Source: Albugo candida
Taxonomy: Eukaryota
Length of the DNA stretch: 64,000 nt
Direction of reading: 5' to 3'
NCBI GenBank assembly: GCA_040437565.1
Contig: JBDOQK010000060.1
Location: 62,001 to 126,000 of the forward strand
Both the position numbers and the translations under genes were made by a program. The notes under the pieces are model-generated. The model searched no databases and was not told the origin of the DNA. It saw only the letters and a program-made list of their open reading frames with translations. Of the stretch, positions 46,924-58,770 are shown piece by piece (position 1 is the first letter of the stretch; each line of letters starts with the position of its first letter).

Positions 46924-49900
46924 CTATTTGGAAAAGAGAAAACGTAAATCTTCAATCGTCAGACGTGAGAGAGATCCGACATTTCCACCGACTGTGGCAT
47001 CGAATATCAATCGTTTCTTCTCTTGAAGCTGTAGAATACGATCTTCAATGCTTCCTGCAATGATGAAATGTGTCGCCTGAATCGGTTTGAATTGACCGAG
47101 TCGATGTGTTCGATCGATTGCTTGACTCTCTGCTGCGGGATTCCACCATGGATCCATGAGGAAAATGTAGGAAGCGATTGTGAGATTGAGTGCGACTCCG
47201 CCGGCTTTGAGACTGATAAGCATTGTGGTGACGCCGGCATCTTGACGGAAGGATTGGAGGATACGATCACGTGCGTCCATTGTCATATTTCCCGATAATT
47301 TGACACATGAAATTCCACCGCGTCCGAGTCGAAATTGGATGAGATCGAGCATATTGACGAATTGTGAAAAGACAATTGCTTTGCCGCATGGATCGCGTTG
47401 TCGCATCCATTGTAATTCCTGGAAGAGAGCTTCGATTTTAGTGCTTGTTTGGAACGCGGATCGATCGGGAAGACGCGAGAGAATGCTTTTGGAATTGAAT
47501 TTGAGACGTGGTTCATGTGTGTCGAAATCGATGCAAAGAGAGCAATTGCATATCGGACATAACGCGATAGCGTCGATAGGAAGTGAGTCGATGTATTCCT
47601 GGACACATTGACGACAGAATGGATGGGAACATGACGCAACGACGAGATTCTCTGCTTCTTCGTGACAGAATCCACAGATAGTATTCGCTTCGACTTCAAT
47701 TTCTGCTTTTACGATCGGTTCTTCGACGACGGAATCGCTTGTGATATGCTGAAGCGCCGGATTCGATTTCGAGTAAATGACGAGGTACGGATGATCGACA
47801 GCTTGACGAAGTCGCATCAAAAGATCGAAAATGTGTGCGTAATTGTTCAAAAGCGTTCCAGACGACACGTACGTGTTGAATTGTGCTCGACTTTGCGTGT
47901 AAATCGCTTGATAGAAATCATTCTCACGCTCGTCCAAGGCGTCTCGACGGACACGAATGAGTTTTGGCGGAAGGCAAATGTCATCGGCACGGCTCACTTT
48001 GGTCCTTCGGAGGAGAATCTATCGAGTCACAGTTTGTCAGCAAAGGCTGAAGGATACGCAGAACACGTACGTGATGGAGAATATCATTTTGAAGACGAAT
48101 AAGAGCGAGTTTTCCTTCTGCAATGTACCCAAACGCTTGGATGGGAATAACGACTTTCTTGTTGAAATAGGAATAATGAGACAGCGAGGAATGTTGACAC
48201 TCTGTGCATTTTCCAGCATCCATTCTGCAGCGAGATGTTAGACATCAGAGATCGTAATCGATGGATCGACGTACGTGAAATCGAGCAATTGGCAATCGCA
48301 TTTGGTGCAGTGATAAAAAGCGTATTTCTCAATTTGAAGGAATCGGATGAGTGAGAACAGCTCACCAATTCGATTCTGAAGCGGTGTGCCGGTCAAACAC
48401 CAACGATATGTCGCCTTCAGAAGGAATACGCTTCGTGCAGTGTTACATCTTCGGTCTTTGATGTAATGTGCTTCATCCAGTACGATTCTCGTCCAATGGA
48501 TATGATGCAATGGCGATTTCTTCTGTGGGAAGGTATCATTACGAATGGGTTTTGACGGCGCGTTCGAAGGCTTTTCTTTCTCTGGAGAGAATTCTTTCAT
48601 TTCCATTGATTTTCGCAATTGTTTGGATTGTTGTCCCGTTCGTTTGGCATTGGGACCACAAAAGTATTTGTTGTGAAGTATCAATTTCTCGGGAATGTAT
48701 TTCTTGTTGCAGTAGGCGCACGGGATTTTAGAGACACTCAAAGTGGATCGAATTTCGCTTTCGAGAATCGAATATGTCGTCAGAACAATGTCATAGGACG
48801 CGATACGCGCTGCAGATTCCATTCGTTTGCCTCCGTGATGGATGTAAATGCTCAAATGATTGCGTGTGACAAAACGTTCGATCTCACTCTTCCATTGTGT
48901 CACTGCTACTAACGGACACACAACGAGCGTGCCGCCAATCATTCCCTTGGAGACGTCTGATTCCCGTGTAGTTTTCAATATCAGTGAGATCGCTTGAATC
49001 GTTTTCCCCATTCCCATTTCATCAGCGAGGATTCCACCTTTGTACTTGCCATCTTCTTGATCGCTCATCCATTTTAAGGCTTCACGTTGATACGGTAATA
49101 GCGTCGCTGTGAGCGTCGATGGTGGCTCCATTTCCTCCATTCGTGTTCGGACGCAAAAGTCGGTGTCTTGAAGCTCTTCTCTTTCGTCTTGAAGGCCGTT
49201 CTTGTGGTTTTCCCGCATATGCTGAAAGACGAGTTTCTGGTCGTCGAATGAGAGTTGATCCAAGCCGGACAGACAAGTCGAATCAGGATGACTGGAGCAT
49301 ATTTGTGTGCATTCGAGGTGCTACAGTGCCAATGAGAAGGCGTGGAGGATCGAGGACGGAAGATGTACCTTGTAGTACTTCATAAGTCCAAACATGGAAT
49401 TTCGGATATGGACACCGATGCGTAGTTCTTCTTTATACAGTTTTCCATCACAGCTTTTGCACTACAAAGACGAATTCTGTAAGAGAAAACAGTGGGAGGA
49501 GAGAGGACGTACTTTGGATCGATTGTTGTTGCTGTATTCCACGAAATACGTCGGGCCTTTGTACGCTTCTTCAGGCTCGTGTGAGTCGTCTTCCGAGTCG
49601 ATTTGTAGGGAATCGCGCCGTGAACGAGCGTGTGCGACGTCGGTGTGCGTGGTGTCGTCCATTTGTAAAGGATTCGGTGGGGTTGCAGACACTTGGACGG
49701 AGTCAGATGATTGTGTGGATGGCGGACGCCTTTGTGCGGAGCGTGGAGGCTGTAAAGCATTGTCTTCCGGATCGGTCGATTCGCATACAAAGTCTTCATC
49801 TTCGTCGTCGTCGTCGTGGTCGATCCATTGGCGTTTACGTTTTCCGCGAGGTCGTAGAATTCGTCTGGAATCAGAAACAGTTTCTGAGGAATTCTGAGTC

Positions 49901-50115
49901 TGCGTATTTCTGATTCTTGCGGATGTCGACGAATCAACTGTTGGGTTATTACAATTATGACACAACCAAGCGTATCGAGGGGAGCATCGCAACGGCGGTA
50001 CCATGCAGCTGAGATGGAAATCATTGTAACATTGTGTGCATGTAACGACTGTGCGGGCGTTGGCGATACCACAAACGCTGCAGCGATTAGCTCTTCTGCG
50101 GGACGCAGGAGCCAT
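46924..50115 (-). CDS. RAD16: RAD16-like SNF2 ATPase with RING, plus N-terminal PHD finger and PARP-type zinc finger
   Basis: [55 protein letters not shown]...CSHPFC..C...[22 protein letters not shown]...CTQC...FHLSC...WLCHNC. zf-[18 protein letters not shown]...ELRIG. Confidence 0.9.
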
Positions 50116-50260
50116 TTCAGTTGGGAAGTAGAGGCCTGTATTCGAGTGGCTAGAGAACGATGGACCGTAAATACCGGTTAGATCGGTAGGCACTAGAACC
50201 GGTACCATCAGTACACTCTAATAGTAGCCCCAATCTGTGCGGCTGAAACGAAATTTCGAA

Positions 50261-53200
50261 ATGCGCTCAATTTGTGCCTTTGGCGCTCTCATTGTGCTCA
50301 TTTTCGCGTTTGCATTGAATCCTTCGATGTCAGTTGATCAGAATAAGTTTCGAACATGTAGCCAAACGCGTTTCTGCCGTAAATATCGTCAAAAACAAGG
50401 TGAAAAATACATTGTCGATCCATCTTCAGTCCACGTTATCGATACTCCACAGGAATCCGTTGTACGGTTTGATTTAGCATCATCCTCTTCACCAGAAGAA
50501 GTCCTAGAGGCGACATTGAGCTTTGTAATCGACGAAGAGACATCGACCAATCCGGCCATACGCTTCCAAGCCGCTGAAAAATGGAACGATGATAAAGATC
50601 CAAGACGTCGTTGGGTGAACTCTGATGTTTTACAACCTCCAGCATTTCATACTCGTCCACTTATTTCAGTGTCACCAGCTGAGTCTACCATACCTGTCGA
50701 TACCGATAATCCGGTCTTCATTTATACATTAGCATCTCCACGTACCCAAATTCAACCAGTCAATCTCCTCATCTTCGTCTACACAAATCCATTTAAGATC
50801 GACGTGTTCATGGACAACGAAAAAGTGATCTCGTTCAACGATCACAACCAATTTCACTTTGAATACCGAAAACACAGAGACCCCATCCCATCCACAAGCC
50901 GCAAAGAAATTGGCACACAGGACATTAACACCGGTAAGGACCTCGTCTCAGAAGACATCCATAATGGCAAAGAAATCGTCGATTACGGAGAAGACGGTCT
51001 CGCAATCTACAGCGATGGAACCACACAAGCCAAAGCTTCTACTGATGAGAATACCAGTACTGATACCGATACAACCGATGACGGCTGGGAGGAACATTTT
51101 AAAGATCATATTGATAAACCGGTATTCGGTCCCAGTTCCATCGGCGTCGATATCTCCTTTTACAGCTCGAAGCAGCTTCGCCAATTGTACGGACTTCCCG
51201 AGCATGCGACCGATTTCGTGTTGAAAGATACCATCCATAATGATGAGATTGTAAGTGATCCATATCGTCTGTACAATCTCGATGTATTTGAGTATGAATT
51301 GGACGTTCCAATGGCTTTGTATGGCTCCATTCCTCTTCTGATGGCCGCCAATACTTTCAATTCCGTCGGTGTGTTGTGGCATAATCCATCCGAAACGTTT
51401 GTGGATGTGATAACAGATGCAAACACACGCAAGAAGACGAGTCATTGGATGAGCGAGTCGGGTGTCTTGGATGTTTTTTTCCTTATTGGACCTCTGCCTC
51501 AATCCTTCTCCAGGCAGTATGTTTCATTGACTGGAACCGCTTCCATGCCGCCTCTTTTTGCACTCGGGTACCATCAGTGTCGCTGGAACTATAGAAATGA
51601 ACGTGACGTTGATCAAGTGAATGCCGGCTTTGATCAACACAAAATCCCCTACGACGTCTTGTGGCTGGATATCGAGCATACCGATGGGAAACGGTATTTC
51701 ACGTGGGATCCAATACATTTTCCAAGTCCAATCTCAATGCAAGAGAACTTGGCGATTGTTGGACGCAAGGTCGTCACGATCGTGGATCCCCATATCAAGA
51801 TTGATCCCGCGTATTACGTGCATTCTAAAGCCGAATCGTTGGGATATTACGTTAAGGATGAGCATGGAAACGATTTTCATGGATGGTGTTGGCCAGGAGA
51901 TTCGTCGTATTTGGACTTTACGAGCCATCAAGTTCGGTATTGGTGGGCATCGTTGTTCCGTTATGAGACATATGCTGGAAGTACTTCTTCCCTGTATACT
52001 TGGAACGATATGAATGAGCCATCCGTGTTCAATGGTCCAGAAGTGTCGATGCATAAAGGATGTTTGAATTTGGAAGGAGTTGAGCATCGAGAATGGCACA
52101 ATTTGTATGGATTCCATATGCAGAAAGCGACTGCGGAAGGACAATTGGTACGACAATTGGCGTCATTGATCGAGTACTCTGGTCATGATTTCGAGATTCA
52201 AGAGGATATGGAGAGACCATTTGTTCTGTCCAGGTCTTTTTTCGCCGGATCCCAACGTTTCGGTGCCATTTGGAATGGCGATAATGCAGCGAAATGGGAA
52301 CATCTCAAATATACGACGAAAATGCTCTTATCCATGTCGATTGCGGGCCTCACATTTGTCGGTGCTGATATTGGAGGGTTCTTTGGGAATCCTGATACAG
52401 AGCTTCTTACACGATGGTATCAAGCTGCAGCGTACCAGCCGTTCTTCCGTGGACACGCACATCATGATTCCGATCGTCGTGAGCCATGGGTTTTCGGTGA
52501 ACCACACACGTCACACATTCGTTCGGCTATCCGTGAGCGATACAGCCTTCTTCCGCAGCTGTACACACTCTTTTACATTTGTTCGACTCAGGGGCTTCCG
52601 ATAATCCGTCCATTATGGTACCACTTCGATTCAGATGAAATTTTGCATCAAGAGGATGCGTTTTTATTGGGTTCTGATCTATTGATCCATCCAGTGGTAG
52701 AACCGGGTATCACTAGTATCTCCGTGTTCTTGCCTTCCGATTCCATTTGGTATAGTGTTTTCCAGCAATACAAGCCAATTGTCGGTCAAGGGAAGCTTCA
52801 TGACGGGATTCCAGCACCGATCGAACATATCCCGGTCTTTCAACGCGGTGGAAGTATTATCACACGAAAGCGTCGCGTTCGCCGAAGTTCTGCGTTGATG
52901 CATCATGATCCGGTGAGTCTGCTGATCACATTGGATTCGAATGTGTCAGCCAAAGGGCAATTGTATTTGGATGATGAGCGCACATTTGCGTACAAAGTGA
53001 GCAATCGCTTCACTTTGGTGCATTTGGAGTGTACAATGAACGGATTACAATCGTTTGTGGCGGCGAATGGGTACGCATCGTCGGTTTGGGTCGAAAGAAT
53101 TGAGATTTACGGTTTTGGAGCGCTGTATAAAGTTCCGACAAACGTTTTGCGTGAATTTGAAGCTGTTAGCGCTGTGATTTCTGCGAAAACGAACATCAAA

Positions 53201-53341
53201 GAAGACGATATGGAAAGCGGTGTTTCATATCAGCAGTTGGATTTCACGTACGACTTGGATTTGGATCAATTGATTGTGCGGAAGCCCGCGTTGAAGTTGC
53301 ATGAAGTCTGGAAACTTCAATTTCGCTATGGAGACCGGTAA
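50261..53341 (+). CDS. GANAB: Neutral alpha-glucosidase II alpha subunit (GH31), intronless
   Basis: Signal peptide, FRTCSQTRFC, YRLYNLDVFEY, WLDIEH, catalytic WNDMNEPSVF, WNGDN, GADIGGF, PFFRGHAH. Confidence 0.97.
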   Translation: MRSICAFGALIVLIFAFALNPSMSVDQNKFRTCSQTRFCRKYRQKQGEKYIVDPSSVHVIDTPQESVVRFDLASSSSPEEVLEATLSFVIDEETSTNPAIRFQAAEKWNDDKDPRRRWVNSDVLQPPAFHTRPLISVSPAESTIPVDTDNPVFIYTLASPRTQIQPVNLLIFVYTNPFKIDVFMDNEKVISFNDHNQFHFEYRKHRDPIPSTSRKEIGTQDINTGKDLVSEDIHNGKEIVDYGEDGLAIYSDGTTQAKASTDENTSTDTDTTDDGWEEHFKDHIDKPVFGPSSIGVDISFYSSKQLRQLYGLPEHATDFVLKDTIHNDEIVSDPYRLYNLDVFEYELDVPMALYGSIPLLMAANTFNSVGVLWHNPSETFVDVITDANTRKKTSHWMSESGVLDVFFLIGPLPQSFSRQYVSLTGTASMPPLFALGYHQCRWNYRNERDVDQVNAGFDQHKIPYDVLWLDIEHTDGKRYFTWDPIHFPSPISMQENLAIVGRKVVTIVDPHIKIDPAYYVHSKAESLGYYVKDEHGNDFHGWCWPGDSSYLDFTSHQVRYWWASLFRYETYAGSTSSLYTWNDMNEPSVFNGPEVSMHKGCLNLEGVEHREWHNLYGFHMQKATAEGQLVRQLASLIEYSGHDFEIQEDMERPFVLSRSFFAGSQRFGAIWNGDNAAKWEHLKYTTKMLLSMSIAGLTFVGADIGGFFGNPDTELLTRWYQAAAYQPFFRGHAHHDSDRREPWVFGEPHTSHIRSAIRERYSLLPQLYTLFYICSTQGLPIIRPLWYHFDSDEILHQEDAFLLGSDLLIHPVVEPGITSISVFLPSDSIWYSVFQQYKPIVGQGKLHDGIPAPIEHIPVFQRGGSIITRKRRVRRSSALMHHDPVSLLITLDSNVSAKGQLYLDDERTFAYKVSNRFTLVHLECTMNGLQSFVAANGYASSVWVERIEIYGFGALYKVPTNVLREFEAVSAVISAKTNIKEDDMESGVSYQQLDFTYDLDLDQLIVRKPALKLHEVWKLQFRYGDR

Positions 53342-53685
53342 TACCGGTTGGGGCACCGTGCTTCTTTGCACAAGTACGTTTTAGTGTGCATGGTAGCAAA
53401 CACAACGATTTTGTCTATAGATGCACCGTAGTAGCAGTATAAGTACGATTCAGTTCAGAATGATGTTCGGTTGTATTATCTTTTTACTTGAAGCCTTTTC
53501 TCTTCAACGCATGCAATTGCATCGGCAGCGATGGAGAGATGCGCTACTCATAAGACGCGACAGGTTTCTGTCAATCATTGTCATTGATCAAAAGCTACCA
53601 ATCTTTCGATTCGATATGACTCCTATTTGCCCGCAAGCCAAACGACTACACTCGCAGTTGCAAAAGCGACAAACAACAAGCATTC

Positions 53686-54926
53686 ATGTCATTCACTCGA
53701 TGCATCCTCCTGGTAATCTTCCATCTGTCAATACAAAGCACATCTTTAGAGCTGTCGAGCGACACTTTGGCGTGGGCGCTTCCTGGAACCTCTTCAATCG
53801 TGCGCATCTCCTCACCCTTTGATCAAGAATCGGTAGAGAATCCAGACTCGGATAAGACGACGTTGGGCTTACCGTATCCACGACAACTACCTACCAATCC
53901 TGTTTACTCTCTCATCTTCGATCCCGCTGAAAGCAGTGGCACACCAAGCACCTCGGCAACGGACCCACATGGGAGCTCTGTAGCGACTCTAACGAACGAT
54001 CCACTGGATCAAAATAGAGTGATACCAACCAAGGACGCGTATCACATGCGAAGAGTGCGCGCGGTTCACGCACGGGTGCAATCCGATACTCCGAAGTTGA
54101 TGAAAGGACGCTTTGTATCATCGTATGGAGCCTCGAGCTCTGATCTAAAGAGCGCATATCTGGCTGCAATGGATACTGTCAATACGGAATCAGTGGAAGG
54201 TGTGCTGGTGTATGTTCAGGCCGAATGTATCAACGTGAATGGACGCTCATTAGAGAATCGATGCAATCGTAAAAACAATGCTAGAAACTTGGTCTTTTAC
54301 GAGATTGATGTGGTGCAGCCAAATGCGTCCATTGCTCAATTTCAAGACACTTGGGAGACGTATGAGTATGGTCCAATGATACCAATGGATGAAGGACGAT
54401 GTACGCCTTTACAAGAAGACAAACTTGCGCCGGGATGCCTTCAATTTAACGGAGACCGTCAGCAACCAAATATAGGACCTTTTGTGGGTGGCGGACATAA
54501 AAGTACCGACCCACGTGCACCGTACCGAAATTGCTATTGGTTTTCCTTTCCGAATTCTTGTCCGACCAAATCGTGGAACGAAAAGACTGCAGCATGCCGC
54601 AAAAGCACGAAAAAGGGATTGTGTGATCTTGGCGTCGCACCCAACGGCGTCGATTGCACGTTTGCGTACAATATTTTAGGCTGGGTCCCTTTGGACGATG
54701 TAGTTGGAATTACAAGTATCAAAAATCCAAAGACAGGGCACCCGTATGCGAATTTCATGGAATGGTCCGAAACCAGTGATAAAAATATCGAATTTAAAGC
54801 TGATATACAAAGTGGGAGATTTGAGAAGGGTTTTGTGTTTTGGCAGAATCCAACAGATCCAAAAGCCAATGAGAAGCGGGCAGAAAGAGTTATCGAAGCG
54901 TACACGAGTGTTTTAGCCAATGGCAG
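53686..54926 (+). CDS. Cys-rich secreted protein of unknown function (runs into a gap; C-terminus most likely the reverse complement of 3786-4144)
   Basis: Signal peptide MSFTRCILLVIFHLSIQS, S/T/P-rich linker, then a Cys-containing domain (CYWFSFPNSCP, GLC...GVDCTFAY). Confidence 0.8.
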
Positions 54927-55026
54927 NNNNNNNNNNNNNNNNNNNNNNNNNNNNNNNNNNNNNNNNNNNNNNNNNNNNNNNNNNNNNNNNNNNNNNNNNN
55001 NNNNNNNNNNNNNNNNNNNNNNNNNN

Positions 55027-55848
55027 CCTGATAAATGAAGAACAATTCGCATTTCTCCACCTGAGTCGACTGCTGCTGTAAAGTATGCTCTTGTTGCTTC
55101 TACATTGCTTTATGAAGATGATCAATGTCATAGGTCACTTTCGCACACGGACTCGGCGATACAGCGCACAGTTGGGCCAGGAGCATGGAATTGCTTTCAA
55201 CGTCCGATTTTTCTTTCCGACGGGTATCAAATGCGATTATTTACGCAGACAATTTCTAATTACCTTCGAACATGTAGCAAAACCACAGCCAGTGACCACA
55301 AATATGGGAATGAAATGCCTTCATGGGTACCATTATCTCCTGTTCGTTTCATTTTGGTTGAAATTCTGATTGAATCTTTGAAAGCAGTACGATATCACAT
55401 CGTTAAGCTCAGGGGATGAACAGGGACCTAAATGCATTGAAGAATCGCAACTTCGACTTGGCCTATTCATTGAAGAGCAAAATCAAAAAGGAAATCCATC
55501 GCATCGAATTAACTTGGCCGGATTCAGCCAAGGAAGTGCAATGTTCATTTTCACAGACTTACAGTATCCGCACAAACTCGGAGGTGCTCTCGTTCTTTCT
55601 GGCTATTTACCCAAACGCGAGGCATTTCAAATGAGTCAAGCGTCAAAAGACGTCCCAATTTTGATGTGTCATGGCGAAATGGATCGTGTGGTATGATTCG
55701 AGTGGGGGAGCTCGCTATAGAAATTTTGGAATTCTGTGGAGCGAGGAATATCCAGTTCCAAGTGTGGATACACTTGGAGCACAGCTCCAGTGAAAAAGAA
55801 ATTAGAGACGTCATGGATTGGTTGAGAATTGTCTTGCCAAATCAATGA
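55027..55848 (+). pseudogene. Decayed acyl-protein thioesterase copy
   Basis: Inverted copy of 2633-3480 with GFSQGS, an in-frame stop (VV* at 55694-55696) and frameshifts. Confidence 0.88.
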
Positions 55849-55849
55849 G

Positions 55850-56600
55850 AATGTGTATAATTCTGTTGGAATATTGTAATTGCCTACGACCCAAAAGTAT
55901 GTCTCATTTTCGTTGTTGTTCCTTCGATTGACTGTAGTTTTCTCAGACTAAGGACAACTTGTGATAAGAATGGGAAAGCGTGTTACTTGCAACACGTAAT
56001 CGATTGTCACGCGGAGATTAGTGCCTTCCGGTAGGTCGAATTTCTCCGGGTCGGTCTTTCAAATGCCGCTGAATGTTGGACACATCGAGCAAATCGCTGG
56101 AATGTGTTTTCCCCTTTTTTCAATGGCTTTTTTGGTGGGAACTTTGCTTTGGAGCGGCTTATGGCCAAACGATGCAACTGCGAGCTCCATTTTGCCAATT
56201 CTTTTGCCATCTTCTATTGTTCCCGTTTTCTTTGCGCGTCCCCAAATCCTTTTTGACACTTAATCACCACAACATTACGCTTGAGTGATGCATCGGCTAC
56301 GTTGGCCCGCGCGCTACAGAACACTGTTCGAGTAGGCGACTGAAAGGACCAATTTCGAAGAAATTGTAGCCAAGACCGTATGTTTTCACATTTGTGGGCC
56401 GTTTTGATTGTGTTTGCGTGAGTTTTGCAGCTTTGCGTGACGAATGTTCTGACTATTCATGTTGAATCGATGCATCGATAGAGCTAATTCACATTTTGTT
56501 TTGGGTATTTATGCTTTTTTATGGGTAGGTACCAAGCGGCAGATAGAATTTCCTCGCTGCAACCATCGTTGCAAAGAAAAGCGGCACTTTTGACAGGCAA
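55850..56600 (-). repeat. Diverged inverted copy of 1875-2630
   Basis: Reverse complement similarity throughout, e.g. AKWSSQLHR...PPKKPLK and ARKFYLPLGTYP versus AQKLTLPLGMYP. Confidence 0.85.
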
Positions 56601-57409
56601 AAAGTCGTTGCATTATACTTGTGTTTAGGAATATCAAGCGCAAACCCCAGTAAGTCCAACACAAAGACATCTGACGAGCGATTTTGTAACCCTCTGTAAG
56701 TGTGGTGATCCATCTTTCCTGCAGTAAGTTAAGAAGGCCTTTAAGACCACTCGTAGCCTTTTGAACAGGTAAGAGAATTGCTTAACCTTTTAATACTGTC
56801 GTGAGCCAATTTCGCGGCTCACATATATTCTCGTTGAATTTGCAATGCAATATGAAAGTGGAGATGCAAATGCGTATCGGGTAAAAAGTCTACCTGAGCA
56901 ATTTTGCGACCCCCACCGCGGCACAGGTCGAAGATTTGAATGGGTCTGCTTGAAGCCACGATCTCTACCATGACATGAGGGACCATTACTTTATGACCGA
57001 TATCCAGGCATACCTATATATACAGATGTCGCGATCGACTACCACTAAAGCTGGGATAGATATCAATGCTGATCGACGTTTGTATGTATTGAAGAGTAAT
57101 GAGCCTTCGTTTAATTAATCCTTGACATTTGCACTTTTGTCTACACGTGAAGCTCAATCGTTCACACAGTGGAGCCAAAGATATAAGTAGTTGTGCAGCG
57201 ACGAGTTAGCACATTAAGATGACTCTCTATATCTGGTGTGGTTTGATTGATCGCATATCGTTCCATGCGACAACGACATTCAATTCCTTACGAAGTGACT
57301 GCTCGAAACACAGCCGCTGAATTTCAGTGCTCTCATATTGTACGCTGTGTTCGAGAATTGATACACAAAAGTTCACATATGAACGACATGACTTCACATT
57401 CTCACGGCA

Positions 57410-58770
57410 CTGAATTAGATCGACTCATATTTGATTGCCTTGTCACATCAGCGTTGCTCTAAAAGAAGGGATAAGAGTAGACGCATCTTGACCCATCTTT
57501 CAGAGATATACATACTGATCTATACCTTCCTACACCTTACAAAAGACGAGATAGATGAAATAAACGACGCAGCAAAAATAGCAGCTTCGAGGCAAACCAA
57601 TCGATGCAAGTAACGAACAGAGGGGCGCATTACTGACGGCTAAATTAGCTGGACAGCTTTAATACGTGTCATTGTANNNNNNNNNNNNNNNNNNNNNNNN
57701 NNNNNNNNNNNNNNNNNNNNNNNNNNNNNNNNNNNNNNNNNNNNNNNNNNNNNNNNNNNNNNNNNNNNNNNNNNNNACAGCTTTAATACGTGTCATTGTA
57801 AAACCTTATTATCCTGGAAGTATTTGTTTTCCCCGTAAAGTGGTCTTGAATCTCTATTTCAGCCTATTGCGTTCAAGCTCCCAAAGTACGGTTCCCATAA
57901 TTTGGAAATCGGTACCAGTTTATATCTCAAGGAAAGTGTGCAACCTTATTATAATAATAACGTTGCACATAAATATTTGCAAAAATCTAGAATGTATGTA
58001 ATGGCTAGGTAAGGCGAATGCTTACGTTGCTTTCCAACTCTAAAATATTGGAAGCATCATTCCATGCGTGCAGAAGAAATACCCTTTAGTTTCTTACTTA
58101 TGTAAATACGCATTATATTATATTAAAGTTGTTCACTTATAGGATAAGATACACGAATATATTACTGTGCACCGTTGTCTCCCCTGCATGTTCAAAGATT
58201 CGCTTCCATGCTCTCGAAGCACGGTCCCGATAGTTTGAGATCGTTACCAATTTATATTTACTCAGGAAGGTGTGCAACCTTATTGTATTAATAACGTTGC
58301 GTATGAATATTTGCAAAATTCCAGAATACATGTAATGATTAGGTAAGGTGAATGTTTACGTTGCCTCTCAATTCCAAAATGTTGTAAGAGTCTTGAGAAA
58401 GGGTATTCTTTTTTTTATTACTTAAGTTAATATGCATTTTATTACATCAAAGTTGTCCCCTCGTAGAAAAACCACCAGTACATTACTGTGCACCTTTGTG
58501 TCTCACCTGCATGTTAAAGGCTCACTTCTATGCTCCCTAAGTACGGTTTCTATAATTTAACATCGTTACCAGTTTATTTGCTTTACGAAGTTTGCATCCT
58601 TTTTGTAAATATTCTCAGGAATAGAACCTAAACTAGAGTTGGATAAGCATTTTAGCAGGGGAGCACTCACATAGCGGCGGGGGGATATATAAAGCCTGTC
58701 TGCTTTCAATTTCATGAATCGTCGAAGGCTTCCTCATCATTATTCACAAATCTATTGATAGCTCGCGTCG
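57410..58770 (+). promoter_or_regulatory. Conserved upstream region of the family gene (copy D)
   Basis: Reverse complement of 11898-13155, with TATATAAA at 58686-58693. It includes a gap with duplicated flanks. Confidence 0.7.
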
